DNA of 64,000 nt, taken from an uncultured Candidatus Saccharibacteria bacterium. GTDB taxonomy: Bacteria > Patescibacteriota > UBA1384 > XYA2-FULL-43-10 > 1-14-0-10-43-13. Location of the stretch: contig CAZIYE010000001.1 in the NCBI GenBank assembly GCA_964543385.1, forward strand, positions 29,557-93,556, written 5' to 3'. Positions 9,211-16,730 of the stretch are shown here, piece after piece; position 1 is the first letter of the stretch, and every line of letters starts with the position of its first letter. The notes under the pieces are model-generated. The model searched no databases. It saw only the letters and a program-made list of their open reading frames with translations, and was not told the DNA's origin. Position numbers and translations under genes: made by a program.

Positions 9211-10644
9211 ATGAAAAGAATAATGATAGAGGAAACGGTCAAGAAAGTGGGCGAAGAGGTAATGGTTGAGGGCTGGGTCCACACTCGTCGCGATCATGGT
9301 AAGATTGTTTTCATTGATATGCGAGATAAGTCTGGCATTTTGCAAGTTGTATTTGTGCCAGGATCGAAAGCCTACGATAAAGTTAAAGATATTAGACCAG
9401 AGTGGGTTATCTTATTAACTGGGCTTATAAAGGCCAGACCAGAGAAAATGATAAATGCCAACATGGTTTCAGGCACCGTAGAGATGGAAGCTGTTGATCT
9501 CGATATTTTAAGTGAGGCAAAAACTCCGCCCTTTGAAGTAGACAAAAATACTAAGTGTGTTGACGAAGAATTAAGATTAAAATACCGCTATCTTGATCTT
9601 AGAAGTGAAAGAATGGCTAAAAATATCACTTTGCGCCATGAAGTGATCAGATTTGTTCGCGAATACTTATGGAAAGAGAATTTCAGAGAGATAGAGACAC
9701 CATATTTGACTAAATCAACCCCTGAGGGGGCTAGAGAGTTTATAGTGCCATCTAGAGTATATCCAGGGGAATTCTACGTCCTACCACAAAGCCCACAGCA
9801 ATTTAAGCAGCTTCTGATGGTTGGCGGAATTGAAAGATATTTTCAAATTGCCAGATGTTTCCGCGACGAAGACCAAAGAGGTGATAGACAGCCAGAGTTC
9901 ACCCAACTTGATCTAGAGATGAGTTTTATCGAGCAAGAAGATCTATGGAACCTGATCGAACCAATGATGATAGAAATGGTAGAGAAATTAGTTCCAAACG
10001 CAAAAATCACTAAAAAACCATTTCCTCGTATAACCTACACAGAATCGATGGAAAAATATGGCACTGACAAGCCTGATCTAAGAGAAAATAAAGAAGATCT
10101 AAATGAATTTGCATTTACCTGGATTATTGACGCACCACTGTTTAAATATTCTCAGACAGATAAAAAGCTAGTGTCCAGTCATCATCCATTTACCATGCCA
10201 CAAGATCAAGACTTGTCATTATTGGAGAAGGAACCTGAAAAAGTCAGAGCCTATGCCTATGACCTAGCCCTGAATGGCAGTGAAATATTTGGAGGTTCTA
10301 TTAGAATACATAAACGGGAAATACAGAATAAGATCTTTGATCTGCTTGGCGTTTCCGCCGAGGAAAAAGAGAGAAGATTCGGCCATATGTTAAACGCATT
10401 TGAGTATGGAGCTCCTCCTCATGGCGGAATAGCGGCTGGTATTGATAGAATAGTTGCAATAATGGCTGGGGAAGAGGGCATTCGTGAAGTAATGGCATTT
10501 CCAAAAACAGGGGACGCAAGAGATGCAATGATGGGTGCTCCAAGCCAAGTCTCAGAACAACAGCTTAAAGATGTACATATTTGCCTACGTAAAGAGGCAG
10601 AGGGCAAAGAGCTCAAAGGTGCTGATACAGTTATAGGAGACTAA
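9211..10644 (+). CDS. aspS: aspartate-tRNA ligase (short form, no GAD insertion)
   Basis: 477 aa with an N-terminal OB fold. Class II motifs include FRDEDQRGDRQPEFTQLDLEMSF and GGSIRIH...GAPPHGGIAAGIDR. Confidence 0.9.
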   Translation: MKRIMIEETVKKVGEEVMVEGWVHTRRDHGKIVFIDMRDKSGILQVVFVPGSKAYDKVKDIRPEWVILLTGLIKARPEKMINANMVSGTVEMEAVDLDILSEAKTPPFEVDKNTKCVDEELRLKYRYLDLRSERMAKNITLRHEVIRFVREYLWKENFREIETPYLTKSTPEGAREFIVPSRVYPGEFYVLPQSPQQFKQLLMVGGIERYFQIARCFRDEDQRGDRQPEFTQLDLEMSFIEQEDLWNLIEPMMIEMVEKLVPNAKITKKPFPRITYTESMEKYGTDKPDLRENKEDLNEFAFTWIIDAPLFKYSQTDKKLVSSHHPFTMPQDQDLSLLEKEPEKVRAYAYDLALNGSEIFGGSIRIHKREIQNKIFDLLGVSAEEKERRFGHMLNAFEYGAPPHGGIAAGIDRIVAIMAGEEGIREVMAFPKTGDARDAMMGAPSQVSEQQLKDVHICLRKEAEGKELKGADTVIGD

Positions 10645-10656
10645 AGATCATTTCGC

Positions 10657-10699
10657 AAAAAAGCCGAATGCCCAGTTGGAGTTACTCGGCTTTTTTGTT
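10657..10699 (+). terminator. rho-independent terminator after aspS
   Basis: 9-bp perfect stem aaaagccga / tcggctttt followed by a T-run. Confidence 0.7.
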
Positions 10700-10723
10700 A
10701 GAAAGTATAATCGATATACTGCT

Positions 10724-10752
10724 TTGACAAAGAAGTCATGTTATGGTAATAT
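10724..10752 (+). promoter_or_regulatory. sigma70-like promoter upstream of typA
   Basis: TTGACA (10724-10729), 17-nt spacer, TAATAT (10747-10752). It lies ~60 nt upstream of the typA start. Confidence 0.4.
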
Positions 10753-10812
10753 AAGTAGGTTATATCTGGGGGATTTTTTTATTTATAAAACCTTAAGTTA
10801 GGGAACAAAAAG

Positions 10813-12630
10813 ATGGATATCCGAAATGTTGCAATTATCGCTCACGTTGACCATGGCAAGACCACCCTTGTTGACGGTTTTTTAAAACAATCAAAAACGT
10901 TTCGTGACAACGAAGCTTATATGGATCAAGATTTGATCATGGACTCAAATGATCAGGAACGTGAACGTGGTATTACAATCTTGGCAAAAAATACAGCCAT
11001 TAATTACAAGGGCACGAAGATCAACATTATCGATACTCCTGGGCACGCTGATTTTGGTGGCGAAGTAGAACGTACTCTAAATATGGCAGAAGGAGCAATC
11101 CTTGTTATTGACGCTCAGGAAGGCCCAATGCCTCAGACCAAATTTGTGTTGAAAAAGGCTTTTGAGATAGGGCTAAAGATTATAGTTGTTATTAATAAAA
11201 TCGATAAACCAAATGCTGATATTCCGAAAACTATCGACAAAACATATGATCTTTTTCTTGAGCTAGCACTTGATGACTCCCAATTAGATTTTCCAATATA
11301 TTATGCTATTGGTCGTGAAGGCAAAGCTTGGGATAATCTTCCTGAAGACGAAAATCAAGATGCCAATTTAGCACCAATTCTTGATGCCGTGATTCAGTAT
11401 GTTCCAGCACCAAAGAAAAATGATGAAGAGCCGTTTCAGCTCCTAGTTTCAGCACTTGCTGATGATAATTTCATCGGTAAATATGCGATCGGCAAAATTA
11501 ATAGAGGCCAAGTTAAGACAGGTCAGCCAGTCTCCCTTGTAAATGAAGAGGGTATCATTGAGAATGGTAGGATCGAAAAGATCTTTCAAAACAATGGCCT
11601 TAAGAAGATCGAAGTAAAAGAAGCTTTTTCTGGCGATATAGTCTCGATTGCGGGACTTAGCAAAGCGACAATTGGTAACACAATCACAGATATTAACTCG
11701 CCCGAAGCTCTACCAACTATTCAAATCGAAGAACCAACTTTAAATATCTCTGTTTATGCCAATACATCACCTTTTGCTGGACGTGAAGGTAAATTTGTTA
11801 CTGCCCGCCAGCTTTTAGACCGTATCAAGAAAGAGTTAGAAACAAATGTTTCTATGAAATTTTCTCATGGCGAAGATGGCAACTACGTTCTATCAGGCCG
11901 TGGTGAACTTCATTTATCAGTATTTATCGAGGCTTTACGCCGTGAAGGATATGAGCTTCAAGTAGGTAGACCAGAGGTTATTACAAAGGATGTTGATGGG
12001 GAATTAAGCGAACCAGTTGAAGAATTAACTATTGATGTTCAAAACGAATATTCAAGCACAGTTATTGGTGAAGTTAGTCGAAGACGTGGTATTTTGCAAA
12101 ATCAATGTGAAAATGCCGATGGTACCACCAGACTTATCTTTGAAATTACCACTCGCGGTACACTTGGATTGAGAAATACTCTTCTTACGGCTTCTAAAGG
12201 TACAGCTATTATGAACTCTTTATTCCTAAGATTTGCGCCAATTGGATCAGCTATTCCTAAATTAAGAAATGGTGTGCTAATTGCCTTCGAAGCTGGTAAG
12301 GCAGTAACTTACGGCCTAAATATTGCCCAACAGCGTGGTATTACTTTTATTCCTCCTCAAACTGAAGTTTATCCGGGTATGATAGTAGGATTGAATTCAC
12401 GCGAAGACGATCTTGAGATCAATGTCACAAAAGAAAAGAAATTGACCAATGTTCGTGCTTCAAGTTCAGATATTGCCACCATTCTAACACCGCCAACAAT
12501 ATTTTCCCTTGAGCAATGTATAGATTTTCTCGAAAAAGACGAGCTCTTAGAAGTTACACCGAAATCTCTACGACTTCGCAAGAAGATACTAGATGCCAAT
12601 TTGCGTATCAAAGCCCGCAAGAATCAATAG
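10813..12630 (+). CDS. typA: translational GTPase TypA/BipA
   Basis: 605 aa with G1-G4 motifs (AHVDHGKTTL, DTPGHADF, NKIDK) and a BipA-type C-terminal domain. Confidence 0.9.
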   Translation: MDIRNVAIIAHVDHGKTTLVDGFLKQSKTFRDNEAYMDQDLIMDSNDQERERGITILAKNTAINYKGTKINIIDTPGHADFGGEVERTLNMAEGAILVIDAQEGPMPQTKFVLKKAFEIGLKIIVVINKIDKPNADIPKTIDKTYDLFLELALDDSQLDFPIYYAIGREGKAWDNLPEDENQDANLAPILDAVIQYVPAPKKNDEEPFQLLVSALADDNFIGKYAIGKINRGQVKTGQPVSLVNEEGIIENGRIEKIFQNNGLKKIEVKEAFSGDIVSIAGLSKATIGNTITDINSPEALPTIQIEEPTLNISVYANTSPFAGREGKFVTARQLLDRIKKELETNVSMKFSHGEDGNYVLSGRGELHLSVFIEALRREGYELQVGRPEVITKDVDGELSEPVEELTIDVQNEYSSTVIGEVSRRRGILQNQCENADGTTRLIFEITTRGTLGLRNTLLTASKGTAIMNSLFLRFAPIGSAIPKLRNGVLIAFEAGKAVTYGLNIAQQRGITFIPPQTEVYPGMIVGLNSREDDLEINVTKEKKLTNVRASSSDIATILTPPTIFSLEQCIDFLEKDELLEVTPKSLRLRKKILDANLRIKARKNQ

Positions 12631-12646
12631 CTTGATACTATATTAT

Positions 12647-12679
12647 AAAAATGAGTAGGTCCCAACCTACTCATTTTTA
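12647..12679 (+). terminator. rho-independent terminator after typA
   Basis: aaaatgagtagg / cctactcatttt 12-bp stem, followed by a T-run. Confidence 0.7.
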
Positions 12680-12767
12680 GTGTTAACGAAATTGTCCACA
12701 ATCTTAGCTTTACAAGAACAGTACAGAAGCACAGAATTTAAACAGCATCCGATTAAGGAGGCATGCC

Positions 12768-12974
12768 ATGAAAAACGAATATGGTTATGACCGCCCAGAC
12801 CCTCAGCCGGATATTGTAAGGACTGAGGTACCATCCTATCCTCCACCCATATGCCCAGAAGGGCATGTGGAATTTATCATCCCACTCGGCACAGGATATA
12901 GTTGCGCAAAAGCACTATGTCCGATCCGACCGAATGATATCCAAGATGGCACATGTTGTGCCTGCACAAAGTAA
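12768..12974 (+). CDS. small Pro/Cys-rich hypothetical protein (68 aa) in GC-rich micro-cassette
   Basis: AAGGAGG Shine-Dalgarno 6 nt upstream of the ATG. The ORF is ~47% GC against a ~35% background. It is followed by a GC-rich hairpin. The protein ends ...DGTCCACTK. Confidence 0.5.
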   Translation: MKNEYGYDRPDPQPDIVRTEVPSYPPPICPEGHVEFIIPLGTGYSCAKALCPIRPNDIQDGTCCACTK

Positions 12975-13006
12975 ATGTCGCAGCTTATTTAATGAAACGT
13001 TGCAGC

Positions 13007-13040
13007 GGCCGTCCTGATCACTCGGGACGGCCTTTCATTT
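13007..13040 (+). terminator. GC-rich stem-loop terminator
   Basis: ggccgtcc / ggacggcc stem followed by tttcatttt. Confidence 0.6.
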
Positions 13041-13067
13041 TCCCTTATTCTTGATAGAATATAAGTT

Positions 13068-13793
13068 ATGCAAATACGTTTAAATAAATTTATTTCCGAT
13101 TCCGGTATAATGTCTCGCCGAAAAGCCGACGAAGCTATTTCAAATGGTGAAATATCAGTAAATAACCAGGTAATTTCAGAGCTTGGTATTAAAATTGATC
13201 CAGAAAAAGATGCTGTCAAGTTCAATGGACGAAGGGTTAATCAAAGCACAGAGATCGTTTATTATGCAGTTTACAAACCAAACGGAGTGATTTCTACTGC
13301 CCAAGATGAGAAAGGTAGACAAAGCGTTACGGATCTTGTGCCGCGATTTCCTAGAGTTTATCCAGTTGGTAGACTTGATGCATATTCTGAAGGACTTATG
13401 ATACTGACTAACGATGGAGATCTAACTCAGAAACTTACTCATCCTAGTTTCGAACACGAAAAGGAATACGAAGTTACTACTCACATCTCAAACGATGATC
13501 TGCGATACAATGTTAATTTGATCGGCCACCTAAAAAAATCCTTTATAGAAGGCATGCGGATAGAGGGCAAACTTATGAAAGCAGACAAGATATTTATTAA
13601 AGAAAATGATAAATCTCTTGCTTTAGATTTGGTACTGCATACAGGTTATAACCGCCAAATTAGAAAGATGTGTGCTCAAATTGGCCTAGCCGTCTCCAAG
13701 ATAAAAAGGATCAGAATAGGTAAGCTGAATCTTCATTCATTGAATCTTAAACCAGGTGATTGCAAACAGATCAGTAAGAGTCAAATTATCTAA
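13068..13793 (+). CDS. RsuA/RluB-family 23S/16S rRNA pseudouridine synthase
   Basis: N-terminal S4 domain (RLNKFISDSGIMSRRKADEAI) plus a PseudoU_synth_2 core (VYYAVYKPNGVISTAQDEKGR, GRLDAYSEGLMILTNDGDL). Confidence 0.85.
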   Translation: MQIRLNKFISDSGIMSRRKADEAISNGEISVNNQVISELGIKIDPEKDAVKFNGRRVNQSTEIVYYAVYKPNGVISTAQDEKGRQSVTDLVPRFPRVYPVGRLDAYSEGLMILTNDGDLTQKLTHPSFEHEKEYEVTTHISNDDLRYNVNLIGHLKKSFIEGMRIEGKLMKADKIFIKENDKSLALDLVLHTGYNRQIRKMCAQIGLAVSKIKRIRIGKLNLHSLNLKPGDCKQISKSQII

Positions 13794-13795
13794 AT

Positions 13796-14791
13796 ATGAT
13801 TACCAAACTACTACTCCTAGCTTCCATAGTGCTAAACACAGTAGGATTAAGGTCTCAAGCTCTTGATATTGATAAAAATCTCATACAAAAAGAGACAAAT
13901 CCTGGTATTCTAGCAGAAGCATCTCTCAACCTACCATTACCAAAAATATCGATAAAACCGAAATTAGCGATAAATACACCAAAGCCTACGATCTATACAA
14001 AAAGTCACATATTAATTGACGAAGAGTCAGGAACAATATTGTCAGAAAAAGATAAGGATCTGAAACTGCCAATTGCTTCTACGACAAAAATCATGACGGG
14101 GATTATTGTCCTAGAAAAATACGATCTTGACGATGTTCTTACAGTCTCAAAAGAAGCAGCAAGCCAGATAGGTGTTGATCTGCTAACAGTAAAAGGCGAG
14201 AAAATTACTGTCCGCAACTTTCTCAAATGTCTTCTGATAAATTCTTCAAATCGTGCAGCCTTCGCTCTAGCCGAACACTATAATACTGCAAACGAATCCG
14301 GGATAACTAAGTTTGTTTCATTGATGAATCAAAAAGCAAAAGAATTAGGTATGGTTAATACCGACTATCACGACCCAGCCGGACTTGATGTAACAGGATA
14401 TTCAACAGCCTATGATTTAACTCTCGTTACAAAATATGCAATGAAAAATCCAATCTTCGCGGAAATTGTTAAAACAAAAGAAGAGGAAGTCACTGATGTC
14501 TCTGGAAAGATTAGATATCAACTTAGAAACTCAAATAGGCTAGTGAGAGAGTGGAATTATCCTGGAGCCTTGGGAGTAAAGACCGGCTATATGCCAGAAG
14601 CAAGCCACACACTAGTAGCTGCGGTTAGAAGAGACGGTCACACTCTTATTTCTGTAGTACTCTATACTTTTGTCGATACGGCTCCTGCTTCAGCAGAGGA
14701 ATCGAAAAAATTATTTGACTGGGGATTTAAATACACCAGATGGGACGACGAAATAGAACAAGCAGAAGAAGACATAAACGGAGATATATAA
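13796..14791 (+). CDS. D-alanyl-D-alanine carboxypeptidase (S11 peptidase, PBP5-like)
   Basis: N-terminal signal/TM segment. Carries SxxK (IASTTK), SxN (NSSNR) and KTG (VKTGYM) active-site motifs. Confidence 0.85.
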   Translation: MITKLLLLASIVLNTVGLRSQALDIDKNLIQKETNPGILAEASLNLPLPKISIKPKLAINTPKPTIYTKSHILIDEESGTILSEKDKDLKLPIASTTKIMTGIIVLEKYDLDDVLTVSKEAASQIGVDLLTVKGEKITVRNFLKCLLINSSNRAAFALAEHYNTANESGITKFVSLMNQKAKELGMVNTDYHDPAGLDVTGYSTAYDLTLVTKYAMKNPIFAEIVKTKEEEVTDVSGKIRYQLRNSNRLVREWNYPGALGVKTGYMPEASHTLVAAVRRDGHTLISVVLYTFVDTAPASAEESKKLFDWGFKYTRWDDEIEQAEEDINGDI

Positions 14792-14794
14792 GTT

Positions 14795-15496
14795 CTAGTT
14801 TAGCTCTTTCTCAACTTCACCCCAGCGCTCCAGAACTACTGCAGCAGCATCTATTTGAGCTCTTTGTTTCGACGGGCCAGCACCCTCTCCAACCTTTTTA
14901 TCTCCGAGAAAAGCGCCGACAATAAAAGTCTTGGAGTGATCTGGTCCTGACTCAGAAATAACGTTGTAAGTAGGTGTTATACCAAACTGATCTTGAGCCA
15001 ACTCCTGAAACTTACTCTTAGCATCTTGATAAAGACCTTTCTGAAGAATATTGTCCAATTTATAGCAAATGTTCTCAAGGATAAAATCCGATGCTTTATC
15101 AAAGCCTTGATCAAGATAGATTGCGCCAATAAGAGCCTCAAAGGCATTAGCTAGAATAATATCGCGAGCTTTTCCAACGTTTTTTGCTTCGCCACGTGAA
15201 GTTTTAATCAGGGGATCCATCCCGATTCTTTTCGCTTCATGTGACAGTGATTCACCTTTTACCAAGGCGCTTCTCCAGTTTGTCAGCTCTCCCTCAGGAC
15301 GATCATAGGTATCATAAAGATAACGAGTTACGGCCAATTCTAAGACAGCATCACCAAGAAACTCGAGCCGCTCATTGTGTACAAGATTTAATGTTTTATG
15401 TTCGTTGAGATACGATCTGTGAATAAATACTGTTTCTAGAAGTGATTTATCCTTAAATTGTATCCCAATCTTTTCTACAAATTCCTCTAATGTCAT
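14795..15496 (-). CDS. rnc: ribonuclease III
   Basis: RNase III signature ERLEFLGDAVLELAVTRYLY plus a C-terminal dsRBD. Confidence 0.9.
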   Translation of the reverse strand: MTLEEFVEKIGIQFKDKSLLETVFIHRSYLNEHKTLNLVHNERLEFLGDAVLELAVTRYLYDTYDRPEGELTNWRSALVKGESLSHEAKRIGMDPLIKTSRGEAKNVGKARDIILANAFEALIGAIYLDQGFDKASDFILENICYKLDNILQKGLYQDAKSKFQELAQDQFGITPTYNVISESGPDHSKTFIVGAFLGDKKVGEGAGPSKQRAQIDAAAVVLERWGEVEKELN

Positions 15497-15515
15497 TTGT
15501 CCTTTCCTAATAATT

Positions 15516-15983
15516 CTACATTTTTATTTTGTGCTTGCCCTCTATTTTTTCCTCATATTTTTTATAGATTGTACCAAGTACACCATTTACAAACTTAGAT
15601 GAACTCTCTCCGCCAAATTCTTTAGATAACTCAACTGCCTCATTTATTGCTACTTTTGGTGGTACATCTTTGAGATTAAAAAGCTCAAAAACTGCGATAC
15701 GAAGCACGGTTTTATCAATCAATGAAATTTGATCTATGGGCCATTCGGGAGCCGATTCGTCGACGATCTGATCCAGGTCATCCTTAACAAGAGTCACGCC
15801 TTCAACTAGGCTGTGAACAAAATCTTTCTCACATTTATTATCATACTCTGTGATATTGCGCTTTTCTATTTCGGAAACGTTAGAATCACTTCTAAAGTCC
15901 CATTCGTAGAGAGTTTGCATTGCTATCATACGAGATAAGTGTCTGTTCATAGATTTCTTTGTTATTTCGGACCTGCCTGCCAT
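15516..15983 (-). CDS. nusB: transcription antitermination factor NusB-like
   Basis: 155-aa helical protein with NusB-like core residues (RHLSRMIAMQTLYEWDF, the R..A.Q.LY signature). Confidence 0.75.
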   Translation of the reverse strand: MAGRSEITKKSMNRHLSRMIAMQTLYEWDFRSDSNVSEIEKRNITEYDNKCEKDFVHSLVEGVTLVKDDLDQIVDESAPEWPIDQISLIDKTVLRIAVFELFNLKDVPPKVAINEAVELSKEFGGESSSKFVNGVLGTIYKKYEEKIEGKHKIKM

Positions 15984-15985
15984 CC

Positions 15986-16040
15986 CGTACTTCCGTCTGG
16001 GCTCAGCCGAGACCGATGATACGGGATCTTCTGTACTGAT
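15986..16040 (-). promoter_or_regulatory. GC-rich extended stem-loop immediately 5' of nusB start codon
   Basis: atcccgta...tacgggat outer arms with an inner gtct/agac stem. Local GC is ~60% in a ~35% genome. It lies between rpmF and nusB. Confidence 0.35.
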
Positions 16041-16070
16041 CCGAAATCTGTATAATTATTTTAGATGAGA

Positions 16071-16101
16071 TTAAAAAAGAGGCCTAAAATTAGTCCTCTT
16101 T
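16071..16101 (-). terminator. stem-loop overlapping rpmF stop codon
   Basis: aaaaagagg / cctcttttt 9-bp stem encompassing the TAA of rpmF, with a T-run on the minus strand. Confidence 0.5.
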
Positions 16102-16272
16102 TTGCGCAAGTACTTGAGTATCAGAGTAGGTACCACATTTGTAACAAACTTTATGAGGTTCCTTTGGCTCATGACATTTTGGACAATATACAAACGCATT
16201 TCGCACAACTTTGTCATGCATTCGACGCATGCCCTGCTTCGAATTATTTGTTCGTTTCTTTGGTTCTGCCAT
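16090..16272 (-). CDS. rpmF: 50S ribosomal protein L32
   Basis: MAEPKKRTNNSKQGMRRMHDK... has an L32 N-terminus and a CPKCHE...CYKCG Zn-ribbon. Confidence 0.85.
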   Translation of the reverse strand: MAEPKKRTNNSKQGMRRMHDKVVRNAFVYCPKCHEPKEPHKVCYKCGTYSDTQVLAQKED

Positions 16273-16419
16273 TATATTCCTTAAACTTTATAATCTGACG
16301 TACTTTTCACTTGGTAAACTAATGTTTATTATTGCATAAACTCTTTAAAAAATCAACCTCTTGCATTGTTTTAGAGTAGAGAGCTAAAATAAGTTAGACC
16401 TAACTAGGTCGGGGAGGGA

Positions 16420-16656
16420 ATGCTAATGGAACAGTGTGGCAAGAATGTTCATGCCTGTGCTGAACAAGCGCTTGATAACGGGCACATGTTTAACAACAAT
16501 GCCAGTTGTCTTGAGTGCGTCAGCACACATATCAGCACCTGTCCAAAATGCGAAAAGTGGTTGTCCAGCCTTCACCAGGCGATGATCAACCGCGAAATCT
16601 CTCACATCCCGGGGCTCTTGAAGCTTCACTCGGCCGTCCAAAAACGCGCCGCGTAA
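16420..16656 (+). CDS. small zinc-ribbon-like hypothetical protein (78 aa) in GC-rich micro-cassette
   Basis: GGGGAGGG Shine-Dalgarno 7-8 nt upstream of the ATG. It has a CLEC-x7-CPKC motif at ~50% GC. The palindrome gacctaactaggtc lies just upstream, and a GC-rich hairpin plus T-run lies downstream on the + strand. Confidence 0.45.
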   Translation: MLMEQCGKNVHACAEQALDNGHMFNNNASCLECVSTHISTCPKCEKWLSSLHQAMINREISHIPGLLKLHSAVQKRAA

Positions 16657-16691
16657 GTGTCTCAACGCTCCAATTGTAGCAACTTCATTTA

Positions 16692-16730
16692 CCCCGCAGG
16701 ACCTGATCTTGCGGGGTAAATATTTTTTAT
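16692..16730 (+). terminator. rho-independent terminator (+ strand) between small ORF and leuS 3' end
   Basis: ccccgca / tgcgggg stem followed by taaatattttttatttt. Confidence 0.6.

Noticed and set aside
16065-16298. Plus-strand ORFs 16065..16298 and 16102..16284 overlapping rpmF
   Set aside because: The minus-strand frame encodes an unmistakable L32 with a Zn ribbon. The plus-strand frames are antisense shadows.
16423-16665. Minus-strand 80-aa ORF mirror-imaging the 16420..16656 small ORF
   Set aside because: High local GC yields open frames on both strands. The Shine-Dalgarno sequence (GGGGAGGG) and the hairpin plus T-run terminator are correctly placed only for the plus strand.
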